Source of the DNA: an uncultured Candidatus Melainabacteria bacterium
GTDB lineage: Bacteria; Cyanobacteriota; Vampirovibrionia; Gastranaerophilales; Gastranaerophilaceae
DNA length: 64,000 bases
Assembly (NCBI GenBank): GCA_934757155.1
Contig: CAKVLI010000005.1
Location: 22,366 to 86,365, forward strand
Direction of reading: 5' to 3'
Shown: in pieces, positions 62,198 through 64,000 of the stretch
Layout: every line of letters begins with the position of its first letter
Numbering within the stretch: position 1 is the stretch's first letter
Notes under the pieces: generated by a model
Database searches by the model: none
Seen by the model: only the letters and a program-made list of their open reading frames with translations
What the model was told of the DNA's origin: nothing
Made by a program: the position numbers and the translations under genes

Positions 62198-62291
62198 ATT
62201 TTATTTCCTTTTTTTAATTATTAACTCTATCTATTTGAGGCAGACCTGTAATAAACCGATGTCTGCCGACCCAAGGTCTATGTGCTCAGCA

Positions 62292-62993
62292 CTACTCTTC
62301 TCTTGGATCGATGTACTTAACGGCGTCAGCAAATCTGCCGTAAGTACCGATATTTTTCTCATAAGCTTCTTTAGGGTCAACGCCTTTTTTGATAGCGTCC
62401 ATAACTTTACCGAGGTTAACGAACTTGTAGCCGATAACTTCGTTGTTTTTATCAAGACCTAACTGAAGAATATATCCTTCTGTCAAAGAAAGGTACCTAA
62501 CGCCTTTTTGCTTAGTTGAGTGGATTGTACCACACATAGAGCAAAGACCTTTACCTAAATCTTCAAGTCCTGCACCAACAGGAAGACCGTTTTCAGAGAA
62601 CGCTGATTGAGTTCTGCCGTATACGATTTGCAAGAACAATTCTCTCATTGCAACGTTGATAGCGTCACAAACAAGGTCAGTGTTCAAAGCTTCGAGGATT
62701 GTTTTACCGGGAAGAATTTCACCCGCCATAGCAGCAGAGTGAGTCATACCTGAACATCCGATAGTTTCAACCAATGCTTCTTGGATAACACCTTCTTTAA
62801 CGTTAAGAGTTAATTTGCAGGTACCTTGTTGAGGAGCACAGCATCCGCAACCGTGAGTAAGACCTGAAATATCTTTGATTTCTTTACATTTTGTCCATTC
62901 GCCTTCTTGAGGGATTGGAGCCGGTACACCTTTAACACCACGGCATACGCAGCATTTGTTTTCAATTTCTTGAGTAATTTCTATTTTGCCCAT
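62292..62993 (-). CDS. Cys-rich NifU/IscU-like protein, the usual partner of GGGtGRT
   Basis: CCVC, GCGCC and IGCSGMTHSAAMA (IscU-like GCxxxxxS) motifs. Immediately upstream of the GGGtGRT gene. Confidence 0.7.
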   Translation of the reverse strand: MGKIEITQEIENKCCVCRGVKGVPAPIPQEGEWTKCKEIKDISGLTHGCGCCAPQQGTCKLTLNVKEGVIQEALVETIGCSGMTHSAAMAGEILPGKTILEALNTDLVCDAINVAMRELFLQIVYGRTQSAFSENGLPVGAGLEDLGKGLCSMCGTIHSTKQKGVRYLSLTEGYILQLGLDKNNEVIGYKFVNLGKVMDAIKKGVDPKEAYEKNIGTYGRFADAVKYIDPREE

Positions 62994-63094
62994 TTGACCT
63001 CCTTATAAATCAAAAAAATAAGCCATTCTTCATATGTTATAGATTATATAACAAACAAAAATATAATAAAAATCATTCAAGAAATTAAATAGAA

Positions 63095-63973
63095 TTAAAT
63101 TATGGTCTGCATTTTACCTTGAGAATTAAGCGTTATTATGATGTTTTCGTTTTCCGGGTTTTGAAATCTTATTTGAGCGCCGACTTTTTCCATGTCATCA
63201 TCTGCGTAGTAGGAACTAACTGTGATTCCTCTCATAAGTTCTCTTTTCAAGGTTTCTATAAACATTCTGACTTTTTCTCTTGTTGCATTTTCAAACTTTT
63301 TAGTCCCAAAGTTTTCGCTCAATACAAATCTTTCGATAAATCTTAATTTGCTGTGATTGCTAAATAGACCGGAGTTAAATACTTTTTCATTGTTAACGAT
63401 ATCCAACAAATATTTCAGACGATTTTCATAGATATGTGTATCAAAATTAGATTCATCATAAATACGATGATTTTTCCCGTAGATGTATCCTACAAGATTT
63501 TTATATTTTGTACGGTTATTGTTTCGATAATAATCTTTTTTAAGTTCATCAATTATGTCATTTCCATCCAATTCGGCTTTATCATTTGAGGTTAAAGTTA
63601 TTTCTTGTGATTTTATGAGCCCGAACAAAGTCGTAATTTTTTTGAATTTATTGTTGATAGAATAATCATCAGTTATTTTTACGTTGAAATCATTGTCATC
63701 ATTTATGATGTCAATCTCTTTTGCATATTGAAGCATCAAAAACTCTGCAATTTTTTTGATATTTTCGTTTTTTACTCCGGCTTTTTTAAGTCCGTTGTAT
63801 AGACGAAAATCAATTTTATCGCAAAGTTCACTGTTTGCGAAGTCTTTTACAGCTTCATTTGAAACCATTTTGTTAGCTAAGTCTACTATAAATATTTTCT
63901 TATCATTGCTTGTTGCAAGCTTTTCAAAAACAAGTTCGATTTGTTCTATATCATCAGGGAATTGTTTTTTCAA
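63095..63973 (-). CDS. Hypothetical protein (292 aa)
   Basis: Long Lys/Asn-rich ORF. The C-terminal NHSKLRFIERF resembles the HxxxRxxER motif of small RNase-type toxin folds, which is weak evidence. Confidence 0.5.
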   Translation of the reverse strand: MKKQFPDDIEQIELVFEKLATSNDKKIFIVDLANKMVSNEAVKDFANSELCDKIDFRLYNGLKKAGVKNENIKKIAEFLMLQYAKEIDIINDDNDFNVKITDDYSINNKFKKITTLFGLIKSQEITLTSNDKAELDGNDIIDELKKDYYRNNNRTKYKNLVGYIYGKNHRIYDESNFDTHIYENRLKYLLDIVNNEKVFNSGLFSNHSKLRFIERFVLSENFGTKKFENATREKVRMFIETLKRELMRGITVSSYYADDDMEKVGAQIRFQNPENENIIITLNSQGKMQTII

Positions 63974-64000
63974 AACAGAAGTTGCTTTTGTAACAGTTTT

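Noticed and set aside
1-64000. tRNA, rRNA, tmRNA, RNase P RNA, transposase, integrase, reverse transcriptase, cas genes or prophage genes.
   Set aside because: Scanning by eye found no matching conserved strings (GGTTCGAATCC-type T-arms, the RNase P GAGGAAAGTCC, DDE/tyrosine-recombinase or YxDD motifs). Absence by eye is not proof, so tRNAscan/Infernal should confirm.

Overview
AT-rich (by eye about one-third G+C), densely coding bacterial chromosomal segment using the standard code. I support about 60 protein genes. Most are housekeeping: infB (3' part), pcrA, kdsC, comEC, apt, nadD/yqeK, bioB, rpsP, cca, rsmE, valS, rluD, lspA, sdaAB/sdaAA, pheS, coaE, gloA, rmuC, an ABC exporter and a MATE pump. 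kdsC, lspA and OmpA-type domains suggest a diderm. The gene mix is compatible with a gut-type non-photosynthetic cyanobacterial relative (Melainabacteria-like), but I cannot establish that from sequence alone. I found no rRNA, tRNA, CRISPR array, transposase, integrase or reverse transcriptase.

The unusual content falls into two groups.

(1) ORF-free islands at about 9.33-9.92 kb, 33.05-33.67 kb, 36.34-36.91 kb, 40.94-41.08 kb, 46.79-47.14 kb and 59.2-59.57 kb are packed with modular structured repeats.
- The most striking is a two-copy element at 9377-9440 and 36469-36531. A perfect 18-bp polypyrimidine/polypurine hairpin is followed by a third tract that is the exact mirror image of the purine arm. 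All three tracts covary between the copies, which is triple-helix / H-DNA geometry.
- A solo GIY-YIG gene is bracketed by two copies of an ~80-bp structured repeat.
- A dispersed GGGGTAAATRTAT tandem-repeat family occurs at five loci.
- Several hairpin families show compensatory stem changes between copies.

(2) Gene-level oddities.
- A FliA-type sigma factor sits next to a textbook sigma-28 promoter that drives an 851-aa LysM/proline-repeat protein with no signal peptide. A second textbook sigma-28 promoter lies in front of another unknown gene at 15.3 kb.
- A candidate cobalamin-riboswitch leader, behind a perfect sigma-70 promoter, drives two uncharacterised proteins.
- An orphan MotB/MotA(ExbB)-like pair lies divergent from a 1108-aa zinc-ribbon, degenerate-cyclase, degenerate-STAND, TPR-like protein.
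- A PurD-like ATP-grasp protein has eroded catalytic motifs.
- A GGGtGRT / NifU-like gene pair is present.

All functional calls come from motif recognition by eye. No database search was run.
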